A stretch of 40,409 bases of DNA from positions 1-40,409 of the forward strand of contig CAXTTL010000014.1 of the NCBI GenBank assembly GCA_964247135.1, read 5' to 3'. Both the position numbers and the translations under genes were made by a program. This DNA is from an uncultured Deinococcales bacterium (lineage in GTDB: Bacteria; Deinococcota; Deinococci; Deinococcales; JAAFIG01). Each line of letters starts with the position of its first letter. Position 1 is the first letter of the stretch. A model generated the notes under the pieces. The model was not told the origin of the DNA. It saw only the letters and a list, made by a program, of their open reading frames with translations, and made no database searches. Below, in pieces: positions 25,884-35,073 of the stretch.

Positions 25884-26831
25884 ATGCCTGAAGCCTTCCG
25901 CAAAAAACGCAAAGGCGCGGTTCGTCCAATTTCGGATGTGCTCACGCGGGTGATGAACAAAACCAACCTCAAGCGCGGCATGACCCGTGCGCGTCCGTTG
26001 GTGGCATGGTCGGAGGTCGTGGGCGTTCAGATGGCGCGGACAACCAGGGCGGTGGCGGTGCGTGAGGGCGTGATGATTGTTGAGACTCAGGATTCGACGG
26101 CAGCCAATTTTTTTACCATGCAGCGCGGAATGTATCTCGAGATGCTGCGTGAAAAATTGGGTGATGAAGCCCCGAAGGATTTGCGTTTTCAGATGGGTGT
26201 GTTTGAGCATAAGGTGATCGGGGCAAAAAAAGTGCGACTTCCAGCACTCTCCAAGCTCGAGAAAGCCAGGGTGAGTGCGCTTTTGGAGGTTGCACCCACG
26301 GACATGCAGCCCTTGGTGCGCAAGACCGCCGAGGCGCTCGAGCGGGCGCGGGCGGAACGGTTGCGGCGCGGGTTTGTGCCGTGTCCCGTGTGCGGCAGTT
26401 TGACCGAACCCGAACCGAACGGCGCGGTTTTGCCGTGTTCGCATTGTAAAAACACGATGGCGAACCCGTTGGTGCAAGCTGCCTGCAAAGCTTTGATTCG
26501 CAATCCCGATTTGGCGCTCGGTTCGCTCGAGAAATTGTTTGTGGGTGCGACGGGCGACGCGCTGGATTGCGCGGTGTTTTTGGCGCTCGAGTATTTTCAG
26601 GGGCAACTTGAAATGCTTTTAATGCAGGTCGTGAAATCTCGAGGGCGCGGTCGTCCAAAAAAGTTGCTCGAGGCTGAAGCACCGCCAGAAATGTTGTTTT
26701 ATCTGGAAGCGACGGCGAAGGCATTCTTGGCACTCAAGTTGGCTAAATCCGTCGCCGTGGTCAGCAGTAAAGACTACTCGGGTTTGCCCGAACGCGTGCG
26801 GCATGTGCTCGAGGCTGGAACGGGGTTTTAA
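25884..26831 (+). CDS. DUF721/DciA-family Zn-ribbon protein
   Basis: WSEVVG..MARTTRAVAVREGVMIV DUF721 core; CPVC...CSHC; position downstream of recF. Confidence 0.8.
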   Translation: MPEAFRKKRKGAVRPISDVLTRVMNKTNLKRGMTRARPLVAWSEVVGVQMARTTRAVAVREGVMIVETQDSTAANFFTMQRGMYLEMLREKLGDEAPKDLRFQMGVFEHKVIGAKKVRLPALSKLEKARVSALLEVAPTDMQPLVRKTAEALERARAERLRRGFVPCPVCGSLTEPEPNGAVLPCSHCKNTMANPLVQAACKALIRNPDLALGSLEKLFVGATGDALDCAVFLALEYFQGQLEMLLMQVVKSRGRGRPKKLLEAEAPPEMLFYLEATAKAFLALKLAKSVAVVSSKDYSGLPERVRHVLEAGTGF

Positions 26832-26872
26832 ATTTTCGGCTCGAGTCTTTCTTGGCGTGATAGCCTAGGCTT

Positions 26873-27559
26873 ATGTCTAACGAAAAAATCTTGGTGATCG
26901 ATGTTGGTGGCACGAACGTGAAGTTGTTGGCGACGGGTCAAACCGAAGCCCGCCGGTTTGATTCTGGTCCAAATTTAACCCCGCAAGACATGGTGAAGGG
27001 TACGCTCGAGACGGTCAAGGGCTGGAGTTTTAACGCCATCACCATTGGTTTTCCGGCGCCGGTCAAAGCTGGCAAAATTGCGCTCGAACCGCACAACTTG
27101 GGCAAAGGTTGGGTTGGGTTTGATTTTGAAACCGCCTTCGGCTGTCCGATCAAATTCATCAACGATGCGTCAATGCAGGCGCTCGGCAGTTACGAGGGCG
27201 GCAAGATGTTGTTCTTGGGTTTGGGCACGGGCTTGGGTTCGACCTTGATTGCGGACGGCGTGGTTTTGCCGATGGAACTTGGGCACTTGCCGTATCGCAA
27301 GAACACGTTTGAAGATTACGTGGGTCAACGCGGCATGGACGAGTACGGCAAGAAAAAATGGCGCGAGTTTGTGCCAGAAGTCATCGCTATTCTCAGTGCG
27401 GCATTGCTGCCCGATTACGTGGTGCTCGGTGGTGGCAACACCAAAAAACTCGAGTCTCTGCCCGAGGGTGTGCATTTGGGCAGCAACGATAACGCCTTTA
27501 AGGGCGGGTTTCGATTGTGGGAAACCCCTGGTGGGGTCAGCCAGAACAAGAAAAAATAA
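26873..27559 (+). CDS. ROK family sugar kinase (polyphosphate glucokinase-like)
   Basis: IDVGGTNVK, INDASMQALG, LGLGTGLGS, ELGHL, VLGGGN. Confidence 0.85.
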   Translation: MSNEKILVIDVGGTNVKLLATGQTEARRFDSGPNLTPQDMVKGTLETVKGWSFNAITIGFPAPVKAGKIALEPHNLGKGWVGFDFETAFGCPIKFINDASMQALGSYEGGKMLFLGLGTGLGSTLIADGVVLPMELGHLPYRKNTFEDYVGQRGMDEYGKKKWREFVPEVIAILSAALLPDYVVLGGGNTKKLESLPEGVHLGSNDNAFKGGFRLWETPGGVSQNKKK

Positions 27560-27562
27560 GTA

Positions 27563-28555
27563 TCAATACTGTTCGAGGTCAAATGCGGCGTTGATCTCGC
27601 CGATTTCAAGCCCCGCATGGTTTTTCAGGGTCGTTCTGCGGTAACCCGAGAGTTCGGCGTTGTCTGGTGCAACAATCCCAAGTTGCTCGAGAATCCGCAG
27701 CGCCCCAATGTCTCGGGCGCGTTCTGTGCCGTCCTCGATTTTTATGGCGATGCCCAAATTGCCGTGTTTGGTGTCGCGCACCGCCAGCACCATGAAGGCT
27801 TCCGCGCCAATTTTAGAAATTAAATTTGGAATCTGCTGCATCAAAGCCGTGTCGATGCGGTGCTCGCCCGCGATCAAGTAAGGGTGCTCCCGCATGGCGC
27901 CAAAAGCCTGCTCGAGCCGCGCTTGATAGGTTTTAGGCGCTGTTTCGGGCGCGGCAAAACGCGCCATGCCCAACGCCACCCGCTCGAGTGGCAGGCGGTA
28001 ACACGGCACGCTGCAACCATCTACGGCAATCTCGAGGGTATGGGTTTCCATTAGAACGCTGATGTCGGTAGCAATCGTTTGTTGGTGCGGGTGTTCGGGC
28101 TGCGCGTAACCTGTCGTTGGCAAACCTTTGGCGAGACACGCCGCCAGCATTCCCGAGTGCTTGCCGCTGCAATTGTGCTGCAAAACGTTGGGTTTTAGAT
28201 TGGCGGCTTTCAACGCCGCCCGAGCGCTGGCAGAAAACGGTTGATGCGTGCCGCAGACCAACCACTCGGGTTTGACGCCCGCCTTGGCTTGAAGATCGCT
28301 CACGGTCTGGACATGAATCGGTTCGCCGTTGTGCGACGCCATGGCGATTGCCAGATGCTCCGAACCCAACCCAAGTTGCTCGAGGTGCGGGATGAACGCC
28401 AGGGCTTGAAATGGTTTGGCGCTCGAGCGTAAGAAGCTTGCGAAGTGGGGGTCACCAACACTGGCAATCAGTTTGCCCTCGCTGTTGACCACGGCGGCAT
28501 GAACTTTGTGTCTGGACTCGAGCAACCCACCGCGTAAAACCTGAACATAAGCCAT
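27563..28555 (-). CDS. Asparaginase II (Rhizobium AnsA-type)
   Basis: RGGLLESRH, RSSAKPFQA, SHNGEP.H, HNCSGKHSGML, VDGCSVP, KIGAE, KIEDG. Confidence 0.9.
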   Translation of the reverse strand: MAYVQVLRGGLLESRHKVHAAVVNSEGKLIASVGDPHFASFLRSSAKPFQALAFIPHLEQLGLGSEHLAIAMASHNGEPIHVQTVSDLQAKAGVKPEWLVCGTHQPFSASARAALKAANLKPNVLQHNCSGKHSGMLAACLAKGLPTTGYAQPEHPHQQTIATDISVLMETHTLEIAVDGCSVPCYRLPLERVALGMARFAAPETAPKTYQARLEQAFGAMREHPYLIAGEHRIDTALMQQIPNLISKIGAEAFMVLAVRDTKHGNLGIAIKIEDGTERARDIGALRILEQLGIVAPDNAELSGYRRTTLKNHAGLEIGEINAAFDLEQY

Positions 28556-28575
28556 GCCCTCAGTTTAACGCGCCA

Positions 28576-29451
28576 TCAGAGCGGCAGTTCGCCTGTCCCA
28601 AGCACCAGTGTCTCGAGTTTTAATTTGGTCAGCAATTTTGGAATGGTGCTCGAGACAAAGTGTTGCGCCTCGGTCGTGAACGGCACGCCGTTGGCTTCCC
28701 AGAGCGCCAGTGCGCCCTCGCGTTTGGGCAGCGCCCTCCAACCCGAGACTTGATTGGGGTCACGCTCGAGCACCGCCAGCCGCTCGAGCGTGACGGCTTG
28801 CCGTTTGACGCCAAGTTGTTCGTAAGGCACAACATATTTGCCGCCGATCATCTCGAGCAACTCAATGTTTTGATGGTGTTGCTTAAAAATCTTGGCGGTG
28901 TCGGGCAAGAGCCGCAAACCACGGTCAAAGCCGTACAACTGCATGGTTTCGGGGATCAACCAGGAAAAATCTTCGGCAACGATCTGCCAACCGGCGATGC
29001 TGGCACGCAGTAGCGTGGTGGTTTTGCCGCGCCCGCTCGGTCCAAGAAAGGCGGTGGCGAGTCCGTTTTTGGCGGCGATGCTGGCGTGCAAGGACACCAG
29101 TCCGCTCAGGCGTAACGCTTCGCAAATGCCAATAAAAAGCGCGTTGAACGGAATCTCGACTCCCCACCACTCGAGTTTTGAAATGGCGGCATCAACAGTA
29201 AAACGCATTCCAGATTCGGCTGTTCCAAACCAAAATTCGCCCTCAAAACGGCGCATCTCGAGCCTTGCATCTGGCAATTCGAGGATCGTGGCGGGAAGCT
29301 CGAGTGGGAAGTCTGTCAACGATTTTTGCTCGAGTTGAATCTGGTAAGGGCTGGCTTGGACCTCGTAAGGAAACCGAAAATACAACTCGAGCCAGCGGTC
29401 CAAGCTTGGGGCTGAATTGATGAGTTGGCGTCCCAGAATCGAAAAACTCAA
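28576..29451 (-). CDS. HPr kinase-like P-loop protein
   Basis: LHAS...FLGPSGRGKTT...VAED; TTG start overlaps the PqqD stop. Confidence 0.75.
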   Translation of the reverse strand: MSFSILGRQLINSAPSLDRWLELYFRFPYEVQASPYQIQLEQKSLTDFPLELPATILELPDARLEMRRFEGEFWFGTAESGMRFTVDAAISKLEWWGVEIPFNALFIGICEALRLSGLVSLHASIAAKNGLATAFLGPSGRGKTTTLLRASIAGWQIVAEDFSWLIPETMQLYGFDRGLRLLPDTAKIFKQHHQNIELLEMIGGKYVVPYEQLGVKRQAVTLERLAVLERDPNQVSGWRALPKREGALALWEANGVPFTTEAQHFVSSTIPKLLTKLKLETLVLGTGELPL

Positions 29452-29705
29452 GAAATAAGCCCAGCTTTCTCGAGTTCGGATATCAAAGCCCTGGTATCGG
29501 TTTGGGCTTGTTCGAGCGTCACCGTGAATTGTTGCTCGAGTTTTTGGGCGATCATGTCAAGGCTTTGGGTGCTTTTGATACCGTGCCAGATCACGCGCCC
29601 TGTGGCGTTGAGGCTGAACATCCCCTGGGTTTTTGGGTCGAGCAGCACCAGTTCATCGTCCAGATCGGTTTCGATCACGCCAGGTTTTAAAGTCCAGGTT
29701 TGCAT
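29448..29705 (-). CDS. PqqD-family protein (RiPP recognition element)
   Basis: DLDDELVLLD....FSLNATGRVIW...LEQQFTVTLEQAQTDTRALISELEKAGLI. TAAACT 7 nt before ATG 29705. Confidence 0.88.
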   Translation of the reverse strand: MQTWTLKPGVIETDLDDELVLLDPKTQGMFSLNATGRVIWHGIKSTQSLDMIAQKLEQQFTVTLEQAQTDTRALISELEKAGLIS

Positions 29706-29735
29706 GAGGTTCAGTTTACAGCATTCAAAAAACAA

Positions 29736-29758
29736 GCCCCTCGAGAATCTCGAGGGGC
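29736..29758 (-). terminator. tmRNA terminator built from two CTCGAG sites
   Basis: GCCCCTCGAG-ATT-CTCGAGGGGC followed by TTGTTTTTT on the minus strand. Confidence 0.8.
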
Positions 29759-29762
29759 ATTC

Positions 29763-30134
29763 TGGTGGAAGCGGAGGGGGTCGAACCCTCGTCCAAAAAC
29801 CCGTCCAACGGGTGTCTACAAGCTTAGCCTTCGTTTTGATGTCGCACCCGAACGCTCCCAAAGGCAGGATTTCTCGAGCACCAACCCCATTTATTTCGCG
29901 TCTCGGTATGGGGTGTTCTGGACGCTAGCAGTCTTTAGTTAAGCGGGTTAAAAACCAACTGCTGGGTTTTTAAGCGGCTTTCGCTGGGATTAAGCAGCGA
30001 GAAGATTTGCTTCAGAGTTGAAGCTAAGAACATTGTTGCCAGTTAAGGCTTTGGTGGAATATTTTCGAGGCCAACCACCATCCTCGGCTTGCAACCACAT
30101 CTTCAATGATCCCTGTCGAAACCAATACGCTCCC
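29763..30134 (-). ncRNA. ssrA: tmRNA
   Basis: 5' GGGAGCG..GGTTTCGACAGGG; 3' GGACGAGGGTTCGACCCCCTCCGCTTCCACCA with G3-U70; tag ORF GNNVLSFNSEANLLAA* follows TAACT. Confidence 0.95.
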
Positions 30135-30386
30135 TTTCCGAAAACCAGTTTACATCCAGAATTCAGTTTTGAACGTTAGCCAAATAACGTATTGTGCTTT
30201 TTGGCGGTTTTCGAGTTGAATAGAGGCAATGATATGACAAGAAATTCGTATTTTGAAAATCTTTGAAAACGAATTTCTCGAGTTAAGGATTGCTTCCATC
30301 GTTCTCATCAGCGTGTTTTCACGCACTTGAACTACAATGGACTTTGGTTTTAACGTTATTTTCCGTCTCTCGGTTTCGGAGCATTC

Positions 30387-31253
30387 ATGTTTTTTACGCC
30401 ACTCGATGCGCTCGATATTGTCCTGGTCGCAGTTTTACTGTACCAGGGTTATAAGCTCGTCGCCAATTCGCGCACGATTAATTTGATGCGCGGTTTGGTG
30501 GTGTTCGGCGCGGCTTGGTACGGCTCGAACCTGCTCGATTTGCGAACCGTTCACTTTATCCTCTCTCAGATTGCCACGGTCGGCTTTTTTGCCCTGATCG
30601 TGGTGTTTCAACCCGAATTGCGGGCGGTCCTCGAGCGCCTCGGGCGTGCGCAAGCCCGTGAGGACGCGCCCGCCAACGTGGCGATTCAAGAAATCATTAG
30701 GGCTTCAGAGCGCCTTGCAGAACGTAAAATTGGCGCATTGATCGCTTTAGAGCGCAAAACCCCTCTGGGCGAGTACGCCGCCACGGGGGTCAAACTCGAC
30801 GCCGAGGTGACAGCCGTCACGCTCGAGACGGTTTTTGCCCGCAACACCCCGCTTCATGACGGCGGTGTGATCGTGCAGCACGGGCGACTCTCGAGCGCGG
30901 GGTGTTTATTTCCCTTGCAAGCGCCGTCTGGGGTGGTGCAACGCCTGTACGGCACGCGCCACCGTGCGGCGCTGGGTTTGTCAGAACTGACCGATGCGAT
31001 GGTGGTGGTGGTTTCCGAAGAGCGCGGTTCGATCCGCATTGCCGAAAATGGACAACTTTCCCCAGATTTGAGCGTCTCCGAATTGCGCGAACGCCTGCGC
31101 GAAGGCATTTATCACACCTCGCAGGGCAACAAAGCCTTCTTGCCCGCCGCCTGGTCGAGCGCTTTGCGTCGTAAACCAGTCACGCTCGAGGTCAAAGAAG
31201 TGCCGCCCGTCAAAGCTGCCGGCGGCGAGGAGGTGAAGGCGCCTGTCAACTGA
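30387..31253 (+). CDS. cdaA: Diadenylate cyclase CdaA
   Basis: Three TM helices, FQPELR, GALIALER, TPLHDGG, GTRHRAALG, VVSEERG. Confidence 0.93.
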   Translation: MFFTPLDALDIVLVAVLLYQGYKLVANSRTINLMRGLVVFGAAWYGSNLLDLRTVHFILSQIATVGFFALIVVFQPELRAVLERLGRAQAREDAPANVAIQEIIRASERLAERKIGALIALERKTPLGEYAATGVKLDAEVTAVTLETVFARNTPLHDGGVIVQHGRLSSAGCLFPLQAPSGVVQRLYGTRHRAALGLSELTDAMVVVVSEERGSIRIAENGQLSPDLSVSELRERLREGIYHTSQGNKAFLPAAWSSALRRKPVTLEVKEVPPVKAAGGEEVKAPVN

Positions 31254-31323
31254 ATCCAGAAAAGTCAAAACCGATGTGGTCAGCACCAGCGATTCACTGC
31301 TCGAAGAAATTGGGCGCAACACC

Positions 31324-31989
31324 ATGCGGCGGCTTTTTTCGCCGCGAAGCTGGCGGGTTTGGCATCATTTTCCGCAAAAAATCGGGGCGTTGATGGTGGC
31401 GGTCTTGTTGTGGTTTGCGGCGACCAGCGACCGCCGTGCCAACATCACCCGCAACCTCGAGGTGCCCATTGAGGTGATCGGGTTGGGCAACGACCGCATC
31501 CTGACCGACCTGCCCAAAACCATCAAACTCGAGCTTCAGGGCGCAAAGGCGCGGGTCGAAACCTTGGAGGGCAAAGATGTTGCCGCCAGTTTGGACGTGA
31601 CCGACCTCGAGAATGGATTTTTTACCCATCCCTTAAAAATCACGCTTCCCGACGGTGTGGTGCGTTCTTCAAACCAAGCCGTCACGGTCAACGGCAGCCT
31701 CAATCAACTGGCTCGAGATGTGGTCACGGTCAGAATTGCGGCGCTCGAGCCGACCCCAACCTTGCCAGGTGGCGTTTTGGAACCCAAACTGCTTCGTGCC
31801 ACGCCCGACGAGGTCACCATGATCGGCTCGCAAGAGGCGTTGGATCGCGTGACTTACGCCTTGGCGTTAACCCCAAAAAATCCTGGCGTTGGGCGCTCAC
31901 TCGAGGTGCGGCTTTTGGCGGTTGACGCGCAGGGGCGAGTTGTTGAAGGCGTCAGACTCGAGCCTGTGAAAGTCAAAGTGGCACGCTAA
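31324..31989 (+). CDS. cdaR: CdaR/YbbR-like protein
   Basis: KIGALMVAVLLW membrane anchor plus YbbR beta-rich domains; downstream of cdaA; start uncertain. Confidence 0.8.
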   Translation: MRRLFSPRSWRVWHHFPQKIGALMVAVLLWFAATSDRRANITRNLEVPIEVIGLGNDRILTDLPKTIKLELQGAKARVETLEGKDVAASLDVTDLENGFFTHPLKITLPDGVVRSSNQAVTVNGSLNQLARDVVTVRIAALEPTPTLPGGVLEPKLLRATPDEVTMIGSQEALDRVTYALALTPKNPGVGRSLEVRLLAVDAQGRVVEGVRLEPVKVKVAR

Positions 31990-32097
31990 CCCCTGCCGTA
32001 AGACAATGAATTCTCGAGCGTCCAGAATTTGCTTTTTGGATGCCATCTTGTTTAGAGTGTAATTTGATATACAAAAGATTCAAGGGAGGAATCAAAG

Positions 32098-32499
32098 ATG
32101 CTCGAAGGATTTAAGAATTTTCTGTTACGCGGTAATGTTGTTGACTTGGCGGTCGGTGTCATTATCGGCGCTGCGTTCGGCGCGGTTGTGGATTCGTTGG
32201 TCAAAGATGTCATCACACCATTGATTGGTATGATTGGCGGTCAACCAGATTTCAGCTCAATTTGCTTGGGCACAGTCAATGTTGTTAAGGGCGTAAATGT
32301 GTGTGCTGGCGTTGGCATCGGTAGTTTCATCAACGCTATTATCGGATTTATCATCAAGGCGGCAGCCGTGTACTTTATCGTGGTTGTTCCTATGAACGCC
32401 GCAATGGCACGCATGAAAAAACCAGAAGCACTCGCCGTTCCAGCCGGTCCTACCCAGGAAGAACTCTTGGTTCAAATCCGCGACCTTTTGAAAAAGTAA
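32098..32499 (+). CDS. mscL: Large-conductance mechanosensitive channel
   Basis: FKNFLLRGNVVDLAVGVIIGAAFG...LLVQIRDLL. Confidence 0.97.
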   Translation: MLEGFKNFLLRGNVVDLAVGVIIGAAFGAVVDSLVKDVITPLIGMIGGQPDFSSICLGTVNVVKGVNVCAGVGIGSFINAIIGFIIKAAAVYFIVVVPMNAAMARMKKPEALAVPAGPTQEELLVQIRDLLKK

Positions 32500-32515
32500 A
32501 CCCGTCGACACATCA

Positions 32516-32542
32516 AACCTCGAGCCTGATCCGCTCGAGGTT
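32516..32542. terminator. Hairpin between convergent mscL and alkA, built from two CTCGAG sites
   Basis: AACCTCGAGC-ctgatcc-GCTCGAGGTT. Confidence 0.6.
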
Positions 32543-33419
32543 ATTTCATGTACTTCGTATGCCAAATCAAATAATAATAAGCCCAACCTCGAGTTGTACC
32601 CAAAGCCTCACCCCAAGCTTCGATGCCCTCGAGAGAACCATAGGCACTCTTAAAAGCGGCGTTTAAACCCGCGTCGCCATACGCCAGAAAGTCCAAGCGT
32701 CCAATGGTGGCGAGCCAGTATCGCGCCGTCCACAAGCCCACGCCGCGCAGTGCGGTCAAATGCTCGAGCACATCGGTCACGTCACCACCCAGCACGCCAT
32801 CAAAATAACCATCCAGCGTTGCCTTCGCCACGGTTTTCAGGTATTCGGTTTTGCGCCTCGAGACTTTACACTCGAGCAACCCTGCCTCATCGGCGGCAAG
32901 AATTTGTTCGGGCGTTGGATGCAGTGGGAATAAATGATTTGTGCCGTCGGGAAGTTGTCCCGCCACCTCACCACCAAAACGCCTTGACACCATGCCAATT
33001 TGCTGCAAGCAAAACGAGAGTGTGATCTGTTGCCCCAGAATGGCTGCCACCCATGCCTCCCAGGGCGTCATGAGTGGGGGTCGCAAGCCCGCCAGCGACT
33101 TCACGGCGCTCGAGAGTGCCGCATCCTTGTTGGCAACCTCCTGAAACGGTAGGGGATCAAGCTCGAGTCCAAACGAGGTGGTCGCCCATTCTCGAGCTTC
33201 AATCGAATCGTCGTCGATTTCCAATCCTTGAGGGTGCGCCCTCGCCGTAATGACTCGAGCGCCGTTGCTGGTTTGAAGGGCGCGTTGATGTACGCCGTTC
33301 ATTTCGTCGAAACGCTCGACTTGATTGTGTTGCGGCAATCGCGCCAAAACGCTGGCGGTCAGGGCGAACGAAAACGGTTGTGCCGTCTCGAGAATCACAC
33401 GCTTAATCAGAACAATCAC
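32541..33419 (-). CDS. alkA: DNA-3-methyladenine glycosylase (AlkA, HhH-GPD family)
   Basis: GLRPP, WEAWVAAILGQQIT, PTPEQI, SRRKTEYL, LTALRGVGLWTA, GDAGL. Start uncertain (GTG 33419). Confidence 0.85.
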   Translation of the reverse strand: MIVLIKRVILETAQPFSFALTASVLARLPQHNQVERFDEMNGVHQRALQTSNGARVITARAHPQGLEIDDDSIEAREWATTSFGLELDPLPFQEVANKDAALSSAVKSLAGLRPPLMTPWEAWVAAILGQQITLSFCLQQIGMVSRRFGGEVAGQLPDGTNHLFPLHPTPEQILAADEAGLLECKVSRRKTEYLKTVAKATLDGYFDGVLGGDVTDVLEHLTALRGVGLWTARYWLATIGRLDFLAYGDAGLNAAFKSAYGSLEGIEAWGEALGTTRGWAYYYLIWHTKYMK

Positions 33420-33588
33420 CCACCGGATACAAATACCCACAACGCGGGCAAGGGTTTTTAATGCCACACACGGCTTTAAATTCTGTAGGCAGTTCGACGC
33501 CGCAACGGTTGCAGACCTTACCTTTGATCTGGTCGTACTCGAGCGCCACATCATTCTGGCTCGAGGTGGAATTTGGATTCGGATTCAT
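33403..33588 (-). CDS. Small Cys-rich zinc-ribbon protein (61 aa)
   Basis: MNPNPNS...VCNRCG...VCGIKNPCPRCGYLYPVGDCSD; GAGG RBS; fills the dinB-alkA gap. Confidence 0.65.
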   Translation of the reverse strand: MNPNPNSTSSQNDVALEYDQIKGKVCNRCGVELPTEFKAVCGIKNPCPRCGYLYPVGDCSD

Positions 33589-33610
33589 ACTTAACCTCGA
33601 GAAAGTGGCG

Positions 33611-34117
33611 TCAATTGCCCAGTGGACGTTTTGTTCGACCAACCCACTTTGGTGCCGAATCTTGATGTTTTCGCAACAACATATTCAGTTGCGCCGTATG
33701 ATGCTGGACGTGGCGCATACTTTGAAACAGATTCTCGAGGATGCTGTAATTCCTGAATTCGCTGATAAAGCGCTCCTTCGCTTTTTCATCGGTCAAACCT
33801 TCGATCAAAACACGACATTTTTCGCGCCCAAACTCGAGGTAGTTTAAAAGCTCAACTTTGGAATAAACCCGTTCTGGTAAAACGCCTGTAGGGTCAAGTT
33901 CGCTTAATGTGAATGGGGCTGGCGGATGGAAGTCAGTGGTTGAATCTGACATGTCATAATCCAAGAAAAAAAGCGTGTGATACGCCAAATACCAGAAATC
34001 AAACTCTTTTGATCCATTGCTCCAAAGTTCATCCGAGCAAGCCTTTATGGCATTCTCGAGCATGTCAATTGACCCCCCGAATTGCCCCCAGAGAATCTCT
34101 CGCAAGGTTTCGTTCAT
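33611..34117 (-). CDS. DinB/YfiT family protein
   Basis: FWYLAYHTLFFLD and RHVQHHTAQL metal-binding His pattern. Confidence 0.85.
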   Translation of the reverse strand: MNETLREILWGQFGGSIDMLENAIKACSDELWSNGSKEFDFWYLAYHTLFFLDYDMSDSTTDFHPPAPFTLSELDPTGVLPERVYSKVELLNYLEFGREKCRVLIEGLTDEKAKERFISEFRNYSILENLFQSMRHVQHHTAQLNMLLRKHQDSAPKWVGRTKRPLGN

Positions 34118-34158
34118 GACATAAAGTTTAGCACATTTTATCTTAGGACAAATTCAAA

Positions 34159-34920
34159 TCAGTAAATCTCGAGCACCTTGTACGGATGCGGGCGAATCAA
34201 ACCATCCTCTTCGCTAAATAACTCGAGCAAATTGTCGCGCCCGACCATGCCCGCGCCGCGCAAGACCAGCATCTCCATGCTCTCGAGGTTCAGGGTCGCA
34301 AAATTACCGCTGAAGACCGCACCCAAATCCATGTACAAATGCTTGTCGACCCAAGTTGGCACGCCCAAAGGCGTGTGCCCATGAACGCTGCCGACAATAT
34401 GAGGCTCGAGTTCAAACGGACCCTCGTTGGGTCGCGCCCAGACCATCGCATCGGCAACGGTTGCATAACGATCCAGCTTGACGGCTGGCGCGGCATGGGA
34501 GCAGAGGTAAAAATTGGGCGTCTCGTAACTGAGCTGGGTTTTGGCAATAAAATCGCTCAAATCGGTGGGCAGGTTTCCAGGTCCAAACAGACCATACTCG
34601 CGGAACAATGTGCTACCACCGTTGCGTTGCCAATTAACAAACTCTTCCCGCGCCAGCCGCAACAAACTCGCATCGCCCGATTCTTGCGCCATGCGGTCGT
34701 ACTGCGCGGCGTTCTCGACCATGACCTCGTGATTGCCGCGAATCAGAACGCAGCGCCCATCGTCGTGAAGCTCGAGAAGCTGCCGAATACAACCCTTGGA
34801 GTCTGGACCTCGGTCAATCGCATCACCCAAAAACACGTAGTTCGTGTCGGGCGGATAGTATTTCACGGTCGCCTCGAGCAAATCGGCACGACCGTGAAGG
34901 TCTGGCAGCACGATCAACAC
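34159..34920 (-). CDS. Metallophosphoesterase (PPP-like Ser/Thr phosphatase family)
   Basis: DLHG, LGDAIDRGPDS, RGNHE, HGHTP, DLGA. Confidence 0.9.
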   Translation of the reverse strand: MLIVLPDLHGRADLLEATVKYYPPDTNYVFLGDAIDRGPDSKGCIRQLLELHDDGRCVLIRGNHEVMVENAAQYDRMAQESGDASLLRLAREEFVNWQRNGGSTLFREYGLFGPGNLPTDLSDFIAKTQLSYETPNFYLCSHAAPAVKLDRYATVADAMVWARPNEGPFELEPHIVGSVHGHTPLGVPTWVDKHLYMDLGAVFSGNFATLNLESMEMLVLRGAGMVGRDNLLELFSEEDGLIRPHPYKVLEIY

Positions 34921-35073
34921 CGCGCAGCCTCAGCTTTTTGCAAAGCCTCAATCCAAAAAATAAACTTGTTTTTCACATCGCCCCGAGACATTCGACTCAG
35001 AGCTTAACAAATCTTACCGAATACGCGAAACCAAAATGAACACCGAGCCAAACTGGGTTAAACTGGGCAAACC

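Noticed and set aside
29700-29800. Genomic island integrated at the tmRNA 3' end
   Set aside because: No integrase and no duplicated tmRNA 3' end seen; downstream genes have host-like composition and CTCGAG density.
30135-30386. c-di-AMP (ydaO) riboswitch upstream of cdaA
   Set aside because: No ydaO consensus elements visible.
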